DNA of 57,461 nt, counting the filler, from Nemertoderma westbladi (Eukaryota > Animalia > Xenacoelomorpha): NCBI GenBank assembly GCA_032718475.1. It is 3 parts of 3 records of this genome, joined end to end, with 100 filler letters (N's around TTAATTAATTAA, not from the genome) between each part and the next. Parts side by side here need not be neighbours in the genome. Positions count along the whole stretch, not along the records: positions 1 to 19,932 come from JAUCBJ010000357.1; positions 20,033 to 35,351 come from JAUCBJ010004259.1; 1 more part is not named here. One strand, given 5' to 3'. The notes under the pieces were generated by a model. That model worked only from the letters and a program-made list of their open reading frames with translations, ran no database searches and was not told the origin of the DNA. Position 1 is the stretch's first letter. Every line of letters starts with the position of its first letter. This document shows positions 13,330-25,394 of the stretch, piece after piece. A program made the translations under genes and the position numbers.

Positions 13330-13995
13330 ATCTCAGTGAACAATTATTATCTTAATATAATATGGCTAGTAATATATCTTCTGATATTTGATATCGGCTC
13401 CCCAACATCCCCCCCCAATGTGACTTCCAAATCATGGAAAGCCTATTCAAGGCTGCCCGTATGTATTCCCTTACGTATTCGAAGGTCCTCACCTGTCTTC
13501 CGGATCCATGATCCCAGGTAACAGAAGTCGTCCACATGCTCAAGCATACCATTTCTCTATGGGAGTCCATGCTGGGCTCTAACTGCTGAGGACACCAAAT
13601 CTCTGGATGGCACATTCACGAGAATGCTACGCCGGGTTCATTGTGTCAAGTACAATGCACACATCTCCAACCAGACACTATATAACATTGGAGGTGTCTC
13701 ATTGGTTCCCCAAGCTTGACACTAGAACAAAATCGCCTCCGCTTTGCAGGACATTGCTTTCGCCGTGAGGACCAGCCAGTGCATAATCTTGTACTTTGGC
13801 AGCCTCATGGAGTGAATAAGCATGGTGGACAGCCCATGACTTTCTTGAGACGCATCTTAAAGGACACTGGCCTTGAAGATGCGGATGATCTAGCAAATGT
13901 CATGGGTGATAGGGAGTTGTGGCGGTGCAATTTTGTCGATATGCCGGCACAGCATTCTTAAAAATGCAGCTGCAATGCAGCATGCCGATCCTAGT
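13330..13995 (+). mobile_element. RTE-clade LINE 3' end (same family as 28280-31143)
   Basis: RLRFAGHCFRREDQPVHNLVLWQP. Near-identical to 30700-31140, including the 3' terminus GCCGATCCTAGTA. Confidence 0.9.
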
Positions 13996-14525
13996 ATGCT
14001 CATCCGGTCAGAGACTAGCTGAGGACTTTCAAAGTTAACTGTAAAAACTTTGGTCTTTTTGGAGTTAATAAAAAGACCAACACTAGAAGCAGCCTGTTCT
14101 AATGAAGAAGTCAACAAAGATAACAGCCAGATTCCTGACTTTCTTTTTTGATAACTTTTTAATTATCCTTCTAAGTGCCAAAATGGGCTCCATTGTCCCA
14201 CGACATTTACGGAACCCATTCTGATTTCCACGGAGCAGTCTCTCAATGGGATTCCTGATGTATTTAATAGAATTATATTGTATAGCTTTGCAGCAATCAA
14301 GATCAACGAGATTTCCTGAATAGAACCATAGAGTGTTAGGTTGCCGTTGGGAACTGGCACCAACTTATATGTTTAATTTCTTGTGGGACTCTTGTTGTTC
14401 TGTACATGTCTACTATGATGGGATAGAATGAGTTTTAAACACTCAGGTATTTTAAAGACCTCAGGGGGAACGCCATCTTCTCCACTGTCATGATTGATCT
14501 TAATCCTCTTTGCAGCAGCCTGATC
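13996..14525 (-). mobile_element. Internal fragment of the same RTE family, opposite orientation
   Basis: VPVPNGNLTLYGS...ISLILIAAKLYN and LEQAASSVGLFINSKKTK. Homologous to 30460-30690. Confidence 0.85.
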
Positions 14526-16164
14526 TGATGCAAACAGTGTACCGCACTGAGTACCATGAAGTGGGCCTAAATGACTAATGAGTACCTTGTTCTAGTCCCC
14601 TTTAACCCCAATGTTGTCCAATGGTCTTACGTTTTCTACCCACTTTTGGGATTTTTAGCCCCCTCTGACGCTAAGAATGGCCCCAGCCTTAATGTGCCAT
14701 GATCTTTCATTCAAAGGGATGCATTTTATTCCCATTGATACAATGCAAAATTTGTTGACCAATCAGAGGACAGAAATATATATCCAGTTGCATCGATTGA
14801 GATACCCACATATAGGTCACAGACAGGTTGTTAGGTCGATTTGTGGTTCATTTGCCAATATAAACTCTCTCTGCTGAAATATTAGATACTGAACAAAAGG
14901 ATATGACATCCAATATATATGTTAAACTATATGGTTTATAGGAAGTATGGGCAATGCAGTGTTACATGTCTTCATTATAAGCCTCATTGCGCTCATCTGT
15001 TCTATTTTAAAATAGTTTTCCTAAACGCAGACAGATAACCTATATAATTATACAAAGTCTCTATAAACTGTGCGGGCAACATGCTTATGCTAGATACATG
15101 CTTACATACATAGATAGATACATACATCACAGGGAATCATTTCCCTGGGGAATTTTAAACACTTGTAAGTAACTCAGGGTGAGGAATTTAAATTACCCGG
15201 TTAAAGTCTTCGCACATAAAGCTCTGGTGCATTGATGGAATAATTAATTGGATGGTCCGAAATCAACTAGCTCTAGCTTTGCTTATAGTCAGACAGATAT
15301 CTGGCGTTTTTTCACTGAAACTTGCTTGGGATTTTTGCTTCACTATATTTTAGTAATAAATTTATTGTTATGTTTCCTGTTATGGATTAACCCTGCTGTA
15401 TGCACTTCGAGAACCTAAAATACACCTTATTAGCCATCTGCCATATAATGGTAGTAAATATCACTTTACAAAGAAGGATACTGCTAGCTAGAAATGTCAA
15501 GGTAACAATCAGGCCAGGTGGCCAAACCGAAGAGGTATCATGATGTTACGCAATCCATCATATTGTTATACAGTAAATGTATTGTGTATAGCGCTGCTAC
15601 AGTCCGCTTCATGGACCTCCGCTCCGCTCCACTCCAGCCCTCTGGCAGGATTACATTTATCAGGCATGATTCCCCATACCAACCGACTCTTTATGTGGGA
15701 TTGTTTTAATCTACAGATATCAGTTACTTAGTTAGTTATTTTTTATTTAACGTGATGGACCCAATGGACCCCCAGCCGTAACACAACTTATATGACGATA
15801 ATTTGGAAACAGCACAGTACAAATTGATATATATCAACCACCACCTGAATAAATTATTGCACCGCGCTTACAAAGACCAAATAAATAATATAACATGTAT
15901 ATATATATCGGCACTTTTTTAATTATAATTAAAACTCCTACCTACTCCCAAAAATACCTCCGAAACATTTTTGTACCTGTAATATCCATTTAATAATTTT
16001 ATACAAACCTACACCGAGTAAATTTTTGACTACCTATTTTCCCAAAGTTCTCTAATCAATTTCGCAAGTTTTATTTGGCTGTCTGTCATTATTGCCAACT
16101 TAGTCTCTCCTTGTCTAATTCAGTCCTGTTATGTCTTGTTAGTAGGTCAGTGATCGGGTGGTCG

Positions 16165-19020
16165 TACTACTACTACTAGGTCGAGCGAACACGGACAGTG
16201 GAAATGAGATCCTTCCAGGCTTCCCGATTCTCCATAGTTGTCGCAATTTCGTTTCTCCCAAGTTCAGTATCCCTTTCAAGTTGATCTATTTATGTTATGG
16301 CCGGTCGTCCACGACTACGCTTTCCATGAGTTGGTTGCCAGAGAAATAGATCTGGTATGACCTCGTCTTTACTTCGCCAGCAGTGTCCACTGAATCTTAA
16401 TCTGCATTCACGGAGGGTGGTTGATACAGTTGGTATTGTACCATAAAGCTCAGCGTTTGTCATGTGTTGTCTCCAGCTGATGTTTAGGGCTGCCCTTAGT
16501 AGTCTTGTGTAGCAACCATCAATTTGTTGATCAAGTGATTTAGTCAGTGTCCAGGTCTCACCCCCGTTTAAAAATACACTTTCCAATGTGGCTCGAAAGA
16601 ACTTAGTCTTCACGTGCTTGGAGAGATCTGATTTCCAGATGCTACCCAAGCCTTTGCTTTCCTAACTTCTATGTCCTTTTTGCTACTCTCTATCCATGAT
16701 CCAAGGTACTGGAAGTCGTCGACCTTCCTTAGTTGATTATTATCAATGGTTGTCAAGTTTCCATCAACATTAAATGTCATGAATTCGGTCTTGGTAGCAT
16801 TTATATGCAATCCAACCTCCTTAGCAGCCCACTCCACTTTAATTAGTAGAAGCTGTGCATCTGCTAGCGTATTAGAGAGCAGGGCGATGTTATCCGCAAA
16901 GTCGGTGTCTGTGACTGTAGTTGCCAGATATCTACTACTTCTGCGTTCTTGAAGTGTGAATCCCAGAACTTCACCCTTTGTGGCCGTCCTCATTGCGTAA
17001 TCCAGCACAATTACAAATAGTAGGCAGTGATTTTTTATGTCCTTTTATTTGACTTTTTTTGTCATTTTTTTTTTACGAATTATGCATAATGACTTTTGTT
17101 GTCCTTTTAATGACTTTTATTGTCCTTTTAATGACTTTTTATGTATGTATTTCTTCAAACTGTCAGACTGCTGATTTCTGGACTGTCAGACAGTTGATTT
17201 CACTATGCCTGTGCCAAAACATTCCATGATTCCATGATTTATAGACTATGAGATAGATTTCCATATGCGCCTGTGGTAAAAAGACTCTATATTTAATAGT
17301 TTGTGGTTGTTGTCGATAATCGATTACCACATGACGTAGCAAAACACTCATTCATTTTATAGCCAAAAACAATTACCAATTGATGGAAAGGAGCAGGTTA
17401 AGGCCGAGTTTTCTAACCAAAACAATAAACAGTCACTTTACCAAATCAGGGAAAGGAGCAGGTTACAGAGACGGGATTTTCTAACCAAAACAATAAACGA
17501 TCACTTAACTAATTGAGGGAAAGGAGCAGGTTACAGAATTTCAAGCATTTTACCTCTATGGATGGAGTCGAATGCCTTCTTGAAGTCCATAAAAGTCATA
17601 AGTCACACAATGTGCAAGAATGTTGTAATAACCACAATCAGTAAAATACTAATAACAAAATATAGAAATACCAATGAGAAGTACAGCAGTACAGTACAGA
17701 GATAACACTATCACACAAGGACGGTCATACCGGTAAACTGTACTTCCCCCTCCACCAAATACCATGGACTAATATATATTATCTTATAATCCCCCCAGTT
17801 TATAAATAAACTATTATCAGTGTTCAAACTTAGTCTGTTATGATGCCTGATAATCTCCTTCAATGGAATCTCCTTCACTCCTCCTTAATGAAGATTCTGT
17901 TTTCAACACGTCAAATGTGTCATTAAAGATATTTAAAAATCCCGATGGATCGCCATCCCCATTATATTTCTTAACAAAATCCGAAAGCTTTAATCTGGAT
18001 GCCATATCTTGACACGTTAGCCCGGTTAGCTTATAAGTCACACAATGTGCAAGAATGTTGTAATAACCACAATCAGTAAAATACTAATAACAAAATACAG
18101 AAATACCAACGAGAAGTACAGCAGTACAGTACAGTGATAACACTATCACACAAGGACGGTCAAACCGGTAAACTGTACTTCCTCCTCCACCAAATACCAT
18201 GGACTAATATATATTCTTTTATAGTCATGACTGCGGGGAGATTCTTTGACTTAATTCCTTCAAGCAGTCTCCGTAGTGCAAGTATCTGAGCTATTGTTGA
18301 TCTACTTGGTCGAAATCCGTTTTGGCTCTTACGCAGTAGTTTCTCTATGTGAGGCCTAATCCTATATAGAATAATTTTATTGTATATTTTGGCAGCTACC
18401 ACAAGCAGACAGATCCCATGATAGTTTGTTCGTATGCCGACGAGGTCTCCTTTCTTGGGGAGAGGCTTTAGTAGACCACTAGTCCAAATTGGTGGTCTGT
18501 TTAGCACTCCGGATTTCCATACCTCCGCTGGGATTTCATCTAATCCACTCACTTTATTATTGGACATGCTTTTAATGCTTCTTTGGAGTTCGGCAGGTGT
18601 GAAGTCCCCTGTTTCTATAGGTAGTGTCTTATAGTAGTGTTTAGTATGGTAGTGTCATATATTTTCCTTGTAGAGCTGACCTCGATGTTTGGTGGCTGCC
18701 CAAGCAAGTTGATGAAGTGATTTTTCCACTTCCCAACACGTTCTTCAGGACTATCAGCTTTGAGGCGCCACTTTGCACAACTTTTCCAACCAGATACCTC
18801 ATTTACAGTTTGCCAGGTAAGTGTTTATTGTATGACTGTATGTGAGCAGTTGTAATTGCTTCAATTTTATCCTGTATGTACTTTTCCTGGCTGATGTAGG
18901 CCAATTTGAGATCGTCCTTAGCTTTCTCAACCTTGTTAATGTTTTTGGTTGTTGGTTGTTCTGTTTTAACTTTGTAGACTATCTTAACACATTTTCTGCG
19001 CATTTTCTGACCAAAAAGTC
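16165..19020 (-). mobile_element. Second RTE-clade LINE, fragmented by insertions
   Basis: GLDEIPAEVWK, QNGFRPSRST, DFKKAFDSIHRGKM (17535-17595), DFADNIALL, FQYLGSW and RLRFSGHCWR. (TAG)n tail at ~16165-16179. Confidence 0.9.
17600..18223 (-). mobile_element. TRIM-like miniature LTR element inserted in the RTE
   Basis: ~190-bp direct repeats (17600-17788 and ~18035-18223), GTCAT duplicated at 17595-17599 and 18224-18228, polypurine tract GGGGGGAT before the 3' repeat, and a gag-like start (LSDFVKKYNGDGDPSGFL) inside. Confidence 0.75.
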
Positions 19021-19181
19021 TAATTTTTGAAACATCGCCTATCTGATGCAGAATCTCATGCTGAATCCAAATATGTAAACCGTTTTCCCATATCTTGCTT
19101 AGTTTTCGAGATATCTCGGGTAGAAGATACTGGCTCCGATATATCGCGATATCGGTATAGGCGATGAAGTTTGGGGTTTGC

Positions 19182-19932
19182 ATTCAATTCCTGCAAATTT
19201 CTGTGCTCAGTGGTGCCTATTGGATGTCTCCACGTGAAAGAGCACAAAATTTTAAATGGGAAGATATTTTTTTATGATTATTGGACCTACTGATCAGTTT
19301 ATAAGACAACTTTAAGTCTCCGGAATAAAGACGGGACTCGAATAAGCGACTCTGCGGTCTTTGTGGGATTACATGGAATAGAATTATCGGTCATTGGAGA
19401 TCGTCAAAATGTATAATCTCCAGTTCTAGTGGTCGTACGAAGTTCGTTTTGGGCTCATTCGAAAGCTCTTTTCTCAGAGAATAAAGTTACCATTTGATTT
19501 AAGATAAAATGGTTGTGAAGCAACATAACATGAATTTGGGTAAAGTATGCCTTGAAAATTTTGTTCAAGTTATGATTGCGCAGGCAGCTTTCAAGAGTTT
19601 TGCCAAACCAAATGGCAAATGGCTTTGGTCCTCTGAGAAAAGAGCTTTCGAATGAGCCCAAAAACGAACTTCGTACGACCACTAGAACTGGAGATTATAC
19701 ATTTTGAAGATCTCCGATGACTGATAAGTCTATTCCGTGTAATCCCGCAAAGACCTGCAGAGTTGCTTATTCGAGTCCCGTCCTTTATTCCGGAGACTTG
19801 AAGTTGACTTATAAACTAATCAGTAGGTCCAAATACTCATAAAAAAATACCTTATCAATTAAAATGTTGTGCTCTTTCCTGTGGAGACATCCAATTGGAA
19901 CCATTGAGCACAGAAATTTGCAGAAATTGAAT
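19182..19932. mobile_element. Foldback/MITE-like inverted repeat running into the gap
   Basis: 19182-19470 is the reverse complement of ~19640-19932 (ATTCAATTCCTGCAAATTTCTGTGCTCA... / ...TGAGCACAGAAATTTGCAGAAATTGAAT). Confidence 0.85.
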
Positions 19933-20032
19933 NNNNNNNNNNNNNNNNNNNNNNNNNNNNNNNNNNNNNNNNNNNNTTAATTAATTAANNNNNNNNNNNN
20001 NNNNNNNNNNNNNNNNNNNNNNNNNNNNNNNN
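19933..20032. other. Assembly gap with artificial TTAATTAATTAA linker
   Basis: 100-bp N run with a central all-frame stop linker. Confidence 0.98.
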
Positions 20033-20639
20033 CTGAATTCGACCGAAAAAAAACAATTTTCTAAAAAATTTTCTAGGGTGGTTATATTGCAGCACAAAAA
20101 TTACAAGTAGTGAACAATTTTCATACAATTTGAAAGTTACAATTTTCGGCTAATTGTTTTTCAATACAGGTTTTCTGGGGGCGCAAAATCCATTGGAAAA
20201 TATTTAAAACTGATCTGAATACTATAAATATGGCAGTTTTAGTTTTCTACGTAGGCAAGAAATGAAAAAAACAAGTAACCAACCAGCACTTTTCAGTATG
20301 AACACAAAATTATTAATTCACTTATACGATGCTATAAATTCACATATTCAGGTTTTCTGGGGCGCTGTTGCTGTTTCTAATGGAATACATTGATAATTTG
20401 CCAGAACATTGCTACACTTATTTTTCGGCGTAATATGGCATATTTTGGTGCTAGCACCAAATTTCATACCCATCACCAAAGCGTATTAGGAAGACAATAG
20501 ATTTTTATGAATAGTCATAAAATTTCAGATTACCAACTGCGTTTTTTTTTCAGAGTTATAACAAAAAAAACCACGGAGGAGGGGGGTGTTATTGACTCCC
20601 CACCCCCCCCCCCCCCCCCCCCGGGTTTAATAGGGTTAA
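20033..20639. mobile_element. Right end of a piggyBac-like non-autonomous element
   Basis: Ends ...AATAGGG followed by TTAA, preceded by a G-run/C-run hairpin. The left end is lost in the gap. Confidence 0.55.
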
Positions 20640-21473
20640 CGATTAATTTTACAAATGTAAAATATGTATATTAACAATAAATTAACCGTTAATATAAAAT
20701 TTTAAATAAACGCGAAAATAATGCAGTGTCTGGTAATATATAATGGAGCAATTCAATTATTCTAGTATTCTAGATTTCAGTAAAAAAATTTTATGAATAG
20801 TAAGAAATTATTATTATTAATGACAACCTTTTGATCTTTTAAGAGGACCTGAACTTTGGAGTTTAACCAGGTATACCTCAAAACAGCTGCAAATAACCAG
20901 TAGTAATACTAAAGCAAATGACACTAATACAATGGAAAGCTAATCTTAATAAAATACAAAAATTTTTAAGGCTATGTTTGATCATAAAATAAAAATGATT
21001 ATTTTATTTATTAGTAGTATGGTCAATATTATTTTAGATAACAGCAGAACATTCAAAGCTATTTAGATTATTTTTAAAAACCATATATTCCCATGGCAAC
21101 TAAAACATGACACTTTAAATTTGTTTCGCATTTAGCGAAGTTATAAAAACACAAATCGTAAATTTCTATGCAACACACATGTGTCTAATATTGCAGTATA
21201 ATTGTCCTTGAGCACTCAGTTAATATACTAATTCCAATTTGAAATAGTTTGGACTACAATATGGTGTATACATAAAATGTAACTGTAATAATTACTGTAT
21301 TACCGGCATATTATTTATATATACACATATTTTGTACCCAAAATAAATATATCTTAAACACAATTTACTATCTAAAATGAATACCGATTATCAAAAAATA
21401 ATATATATTGTCTATTTTGTATTTTAATATTCAAAGGGAAATTTTGCACATTAGAGGAGGAATGCAGCACTTA

Positions 21474-23189
21474 TCAATCGTGAGATTGTTTAAAAACTAC
21501 AGATTTTGCTGAATCAACTACACCTGTACCAGAAGCATTTTTGGAAAGTGTTACAAACCTTGCTGGTAAAATTTCATTCCTGGTATTTAGAATATCTATT
21601 GTTCGTGAGCAGCTTCCCAATGTAATGGGGCAAAAAATCCCTACAAAGGCGGAATTCAATTTATACAATAAATTAAGAGCATCTTTATTTTCTGCAACAG
21701 AGTGGTTTAACGTGCTTTTATTGTGTAGTTCAATTTTCCCTCCTAAAGTAGATCTATAAAAAATATCAAAAAGATCTTCCGAAACATGGGATTTTCTCCA
21801 ACCTAATTTGGTGACATGAAGATTGAATTTATCAGCCACGGGTAAAATATACTGAGGATCATCAAGGTAGTCCTCAATGGATATATTACTCGGTTTCCTA
21901 GAATTTAATTCCTTAGATGTAATATGTTGGACCCAGTCCCCTGTTGTGCCAGTAGCTAGTAATTCTTTGAAAATTCGTTTGCCATTCGAAGTACAAATTC
22001 TGTCATGTCCTAAAGAGCAATGCACCATACTAACATGCCTCAATTTCTCATCAGATCCCTGGGTTTTTTCTTTTATTGCCACTACTTCATTACTATAAGA
22101 ATCTACCAAAATTGAAGTCAATTTAGTTTTTTCTTGGTAAGTAAATCTATCTGGATATGTATGAAGCAAATATTCTATAATGGTTTCCATTATATTTGGA
22201 TAGAAATATCCGTCATTAGGCATGATATAGGCGTGCATTTTCTGTTCATCTAAGTTAAATAGAGTTTTTTGTTTCAAGAAGGAATCATCAACCCAATGTA
22301 CTTCAGTACCAAATTTGGTCCAACTCTCGTATCCCTTCTTTAAGTTTTCCAGATCATTAGCAAAACAAAAGGTCAAATGACCTTTTCTCTCTAAAATAGC
22401 TTTCCCTAAACTCTTTCTAATTAAATGATCGATGTAGCTTAAATTTTCCAATGAATGTCTCTGCAAATTTATCATCATTTTACTAGTAGGAGTAGCATCT
22501 TTTCCAGCAACAATTTTTTGTCTTAAAAACTCAAAGCAAAGTTTCGTGTATGAAGGTATTGCCTTAATTGTGTTCATATTAAAAGATAATGGTATGGATA
22601 GACTATGATAATCTGTGGTTTCGGTATCTCTAGAATCATAAATATTATATGACACAGCTCGTATCATATCGAATATACTATTTTCATCATATTGTGTAGG
22701 GTGTACATGAGCTTGCAGGCCGCTCCTATCTAAAATCGATAATTCGCCATCATGACAAAACACAACTTTAGCTGACGAATTATTGTGAAGGATTTCAAAT
22801 GCCCTTGTTAAAGCATTTAAACCTCCCGCCGTGTAGGCTACTTTTTTACATTTTGGTATATTTGTAGGCGGTATATATATTATTTCAACTGTATCTGGTT
22901 GTGGGAATTGCTTTTGAAAACATCTTATTCCCATTGTTGTCAATGTTTTTGCCAATTCATTATCAAGAATGTGCATTTTGGAACTGCTAAAATCTATTTC
23001 TGATATTAACTTCGTTGATTTTTTGTAGCTCAAATTCTTTTCTTCTGACCAACCATCTGTAAAAATACACGAGTGACTGCAATGTTTATTAAAATACGGT
23101 TTACCTGTGATATTTAGTAATTTTATCTTGTGCTCAGCTGACTTTTTTTGAAATAAATTAGATGCCTTTCTACAAGTGATAATTGACAT
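21474..23189 (-). CDS. Intronless 571-aa protein, divergent FAD-dependent oxidoreductase of the DAO/DadA family
   Basis: First ATG at 23189 (MSIITCRK). Rossmann-like KKVAYTAGGLNALTRAFEIL...KVVF, then RSGLQAHVHP, RKGHLTF...FGTEVHWVD, YIMPNDGYFYP, VHCSLG, GSCSRTID and NASGTGV, in the order expected for DAO-family proteins. Confidence 0.7.
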   Translation of the reverse strand: MSIITCRKASNLFQKKSAEHKIKLLNITGKPYFNKHCSHSCIFTDGWSEEKNLSYKKSTKLISEIDFSSSKMHILDNELAKTLTTMGIRCFQKQFPQPDTVEIIYIPPTNIPKCKKVAYTAGGLNALTRAFEILHNNSSAKVVFCHDGELSILDRSGLQAHVHPTQYDENSIFDMIRAVSYNIYDSRDTETTDYHSLSIPLSFNMNTIKAIPSYTKLCFEFLRQKIVAGKDATPTSKMMINLQRHSLENLSYIDHLIRKSLGKAILERKGHLTFCFANDLENLKKGYESWTKFGTEVHWVDDSFLKQKTLFNLDEQKMHAYIMPNDGYFYPNIMETIIEYLLHTYPDRFTYQEKTKLTSILVDSYSNEVVAIKEKTQGSDEKLRHVSMVHCSLGHDRICTSNGKRIFKELLATGTTGDWVQHITSKELNSRKPSNISIEDYLDDPQYILPVADKFNLHVTKLGWRKSHVSEDLFDIFYRSTLGGKIELHNKSTLNHSVAENKDALNLLYKLNSAFVGIFCPITLGSCSRTIDILNTRNEILPARFVTLSKNASGTGVVDSAKSVVFKQSHD

Positions 23190-23799
23190 TATGGAACAAT
23201 AGCTGATTAACAGATTACAACTGACAGATAATATGATAAATTTATAATATAAATGAATAGAGTAAGTTAAGGCGATGTGATGTAATATCAGAAGAGAGAA
23301 GCCAACTAAACCCAACTGAGGATAATTCTATAAGTTGCCAAATAAGGTTAAACGGATTTCAGTTAATTCAGTTATTGTCATTAATAATATAACATCCATT
23401 AAATCAAAATAACCTGCATAAATATAAAAGAAAAAGTAATTAATTAATACCAACCTATACAGACCAACCAACGTAGTAGCCAACTAATGCTTTGTATTAT
23501 TTCTTGCAAAACACAAATAATGCAATAATTTTAAATCAGGTTGTTGTCATTTTACCAACCAATAAGTATGGTGGCCGATCGCTATCTCTGTAATTTATTG
23601 TGCAATTCCATTACATTTCAAGATAAATTCATATTTTTGTAGAAAAAATATAGTGAAAATTCCAAATTAATTATTAAGGGTGTAAGGGTGTAACCACCCT
23701 TACAGTTTTTTTCAATTTCTACCCATATGTCTCCAAAGTGATATGAAAAATGTATAGAAATGGTATACCATCGAAAAAAAAATAATAATAAGTAAATAC

Positions 23800-24335
23800 T
23801 AGGGATGTGGCGAATGTCCGCATCCGCATCCGCATCCGCATCCGCATCCGCATCCGCATCCGCATCCGCATCCGCATCCGCATCCGCATCCGCATCCGCA
23901 TCCGCATCCGCATCCGCATCCGCATCCGCATCCGCATCCGCATCCACATCTGCGGATATCCGCATGATTTGTCGCTTCCTCATTCTCATCCGCACCCATG
24001 GCATGCGGATGTGACATGCGGATGTTACATGCACTATTCAAGCATCCTGTCTGAAGGCCCAGCAACCACTCAATTAAATTTCCAATAATAATTACTTTCA
24101 AGTATACACTAACACTCGATGGCGGGAACAATATAAAAAATGTTTGTTGTATTATTGTTTTGTTATATTATGTCCCATTCTGTTCTATATCCTTAGACTC
24201 CTGTTAGTTTATTAATATAAGATTAGAATATAATATTAAAATGCTGGTATAACCTTGATGTAAAGGGGAGGCCAGGCAAAAATATATATGTTTTAATAGA
24301 TATCTGCATCCACAACTGCATCCGCGGATGTTAAA
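23800..24335. mobile_element. hAT-like non-autonomous element with a (GCATCC)n microsatellite
   Basis: Starts TAGGGATG (hAT-Ac-type terminus). (GCATCC) x ~21 at 23817-23945, with CATCCGCGGATG motifs again near 24305-24330. Confidence 0.65.
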
Positions 24336-24339
24336 AATA

Positions 24340-24600
24340 TGACATTCGCAAATTTTTTTTATCGAAGCTCCACCTATAGTATTGGTAAACACAAAATATG
24401 TCGCGAAGATCGCGACATTTGCGAAGCTCCATCTATAATATTGGTAAACACAAAATTTCGCGAAAATCGCGACGTTTGCGAAGCTCCACCTACAGCATTG
24501 GTAAACACAAAATATCGCGAAGATCGTGACGTTTGCGAAATTTCGCGATTTTCACAATAATCGCGACGTTTGCGAAGATCTCGAAAATCGCGAAGAAATG
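24340..24600. repeat. 57-59-bp CpG-rich tandem repeat
   Basis: GAAGCTCCACCTATA...TTGGTAAACACAAAAT...CGCGAAGATCGCGAC repeated 3-4 times. Confidence 0.85.
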
Positions 24601-24619
24601 TTCAAATCGTTGCCTTATT

Positions 24620-24880
24620 CCCCCTAAGGTGTGATGGGATCTGTGTTCGACCCAGATCCCCGACCATTGGTGCCCCCTAAGGTGTGACGGGATCTGTGTT
24701 CTACCCAGATCCCCGACTGTTGGTGCCCACTAAGATGTGATGGGATCTGTGTTTGACCCAGATCCCCGACAGTTGGTGCCCCCTAAGGTGTGACGGGATC
24801 TGTGTTCACCCCAGATCCCCGACCGTTGGTGCCCCCTAGCGTGTGACGGGATCTGTGTTCGCCCCAGATCCCCGACCATT
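24620..24880. repeat. 53-bp tandem repeat, 5 copies, each with a GGGATCTG...CAGATCCC hairpin
   Basis: Units start at about 24620, 24673, 24726, 24779 and 24832. Confidence 0.92.
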
Positions 24881-25394
24881 CGACTTATGTAGTGCAGTGG
24901 TTTTCTACGCGCTGCCCCAGCTAGTGATGGACTGGTTCTGGCCGCAAGGCCGGTAGAATAACTGACTAAAGTTTCTCTGGTGTTAATCTTGGTGATAATG
25001 TTCAATGATTGCCTAATTGCACAATGATACCGATAGCCTTACGTTTAAAATAGTAGCCTAGCGCAGCGGTGTACAACGATGCGTGCACAGTGGATGTTAT
25101 ATGCCAACTGACTGCGCTAATGCAGAATGTGGCCTAGCTATATATGCCATTAGGCAAACGCACCAATGATTGCCTACGGGTTAATAAATGCCTGCCCCCC
25201 TCCCCCATTGGTCGTCCTACAAATCACCCAAGTACCTATCCCCTGAGCTATGTTGGCCCCTGGCTCACTGTAGGTGGACTGATTAGTCCACTTACCAGCT
25301 CGCCTTGCTCTAGCTGCATCATCTCTCCTTTCTCCTACTTATATGTAACTTCTGGCCAATCAATATTGGTAAATTTCCCCCCCCCCCCCCCCCC

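Noticed and set aside
19933-20032. TTAATTAATTAA motif repeated in both N runs
   Set aside because: Artificial scaffolding linker, not biological.
23190-23315. Hydrophobic signal-peptide-like N-terminus of the 613-aa ORF
   Set aside because: Starts at TTG in AT-rich sequence; the first ATG is at 23189, so this is more likely intron or UTR.
23618-24131. ORFs with poly-DA, MR, CG, SA and RI dipeptides
   Set aside because: Translations of the (GCATCC)n microsatellite.
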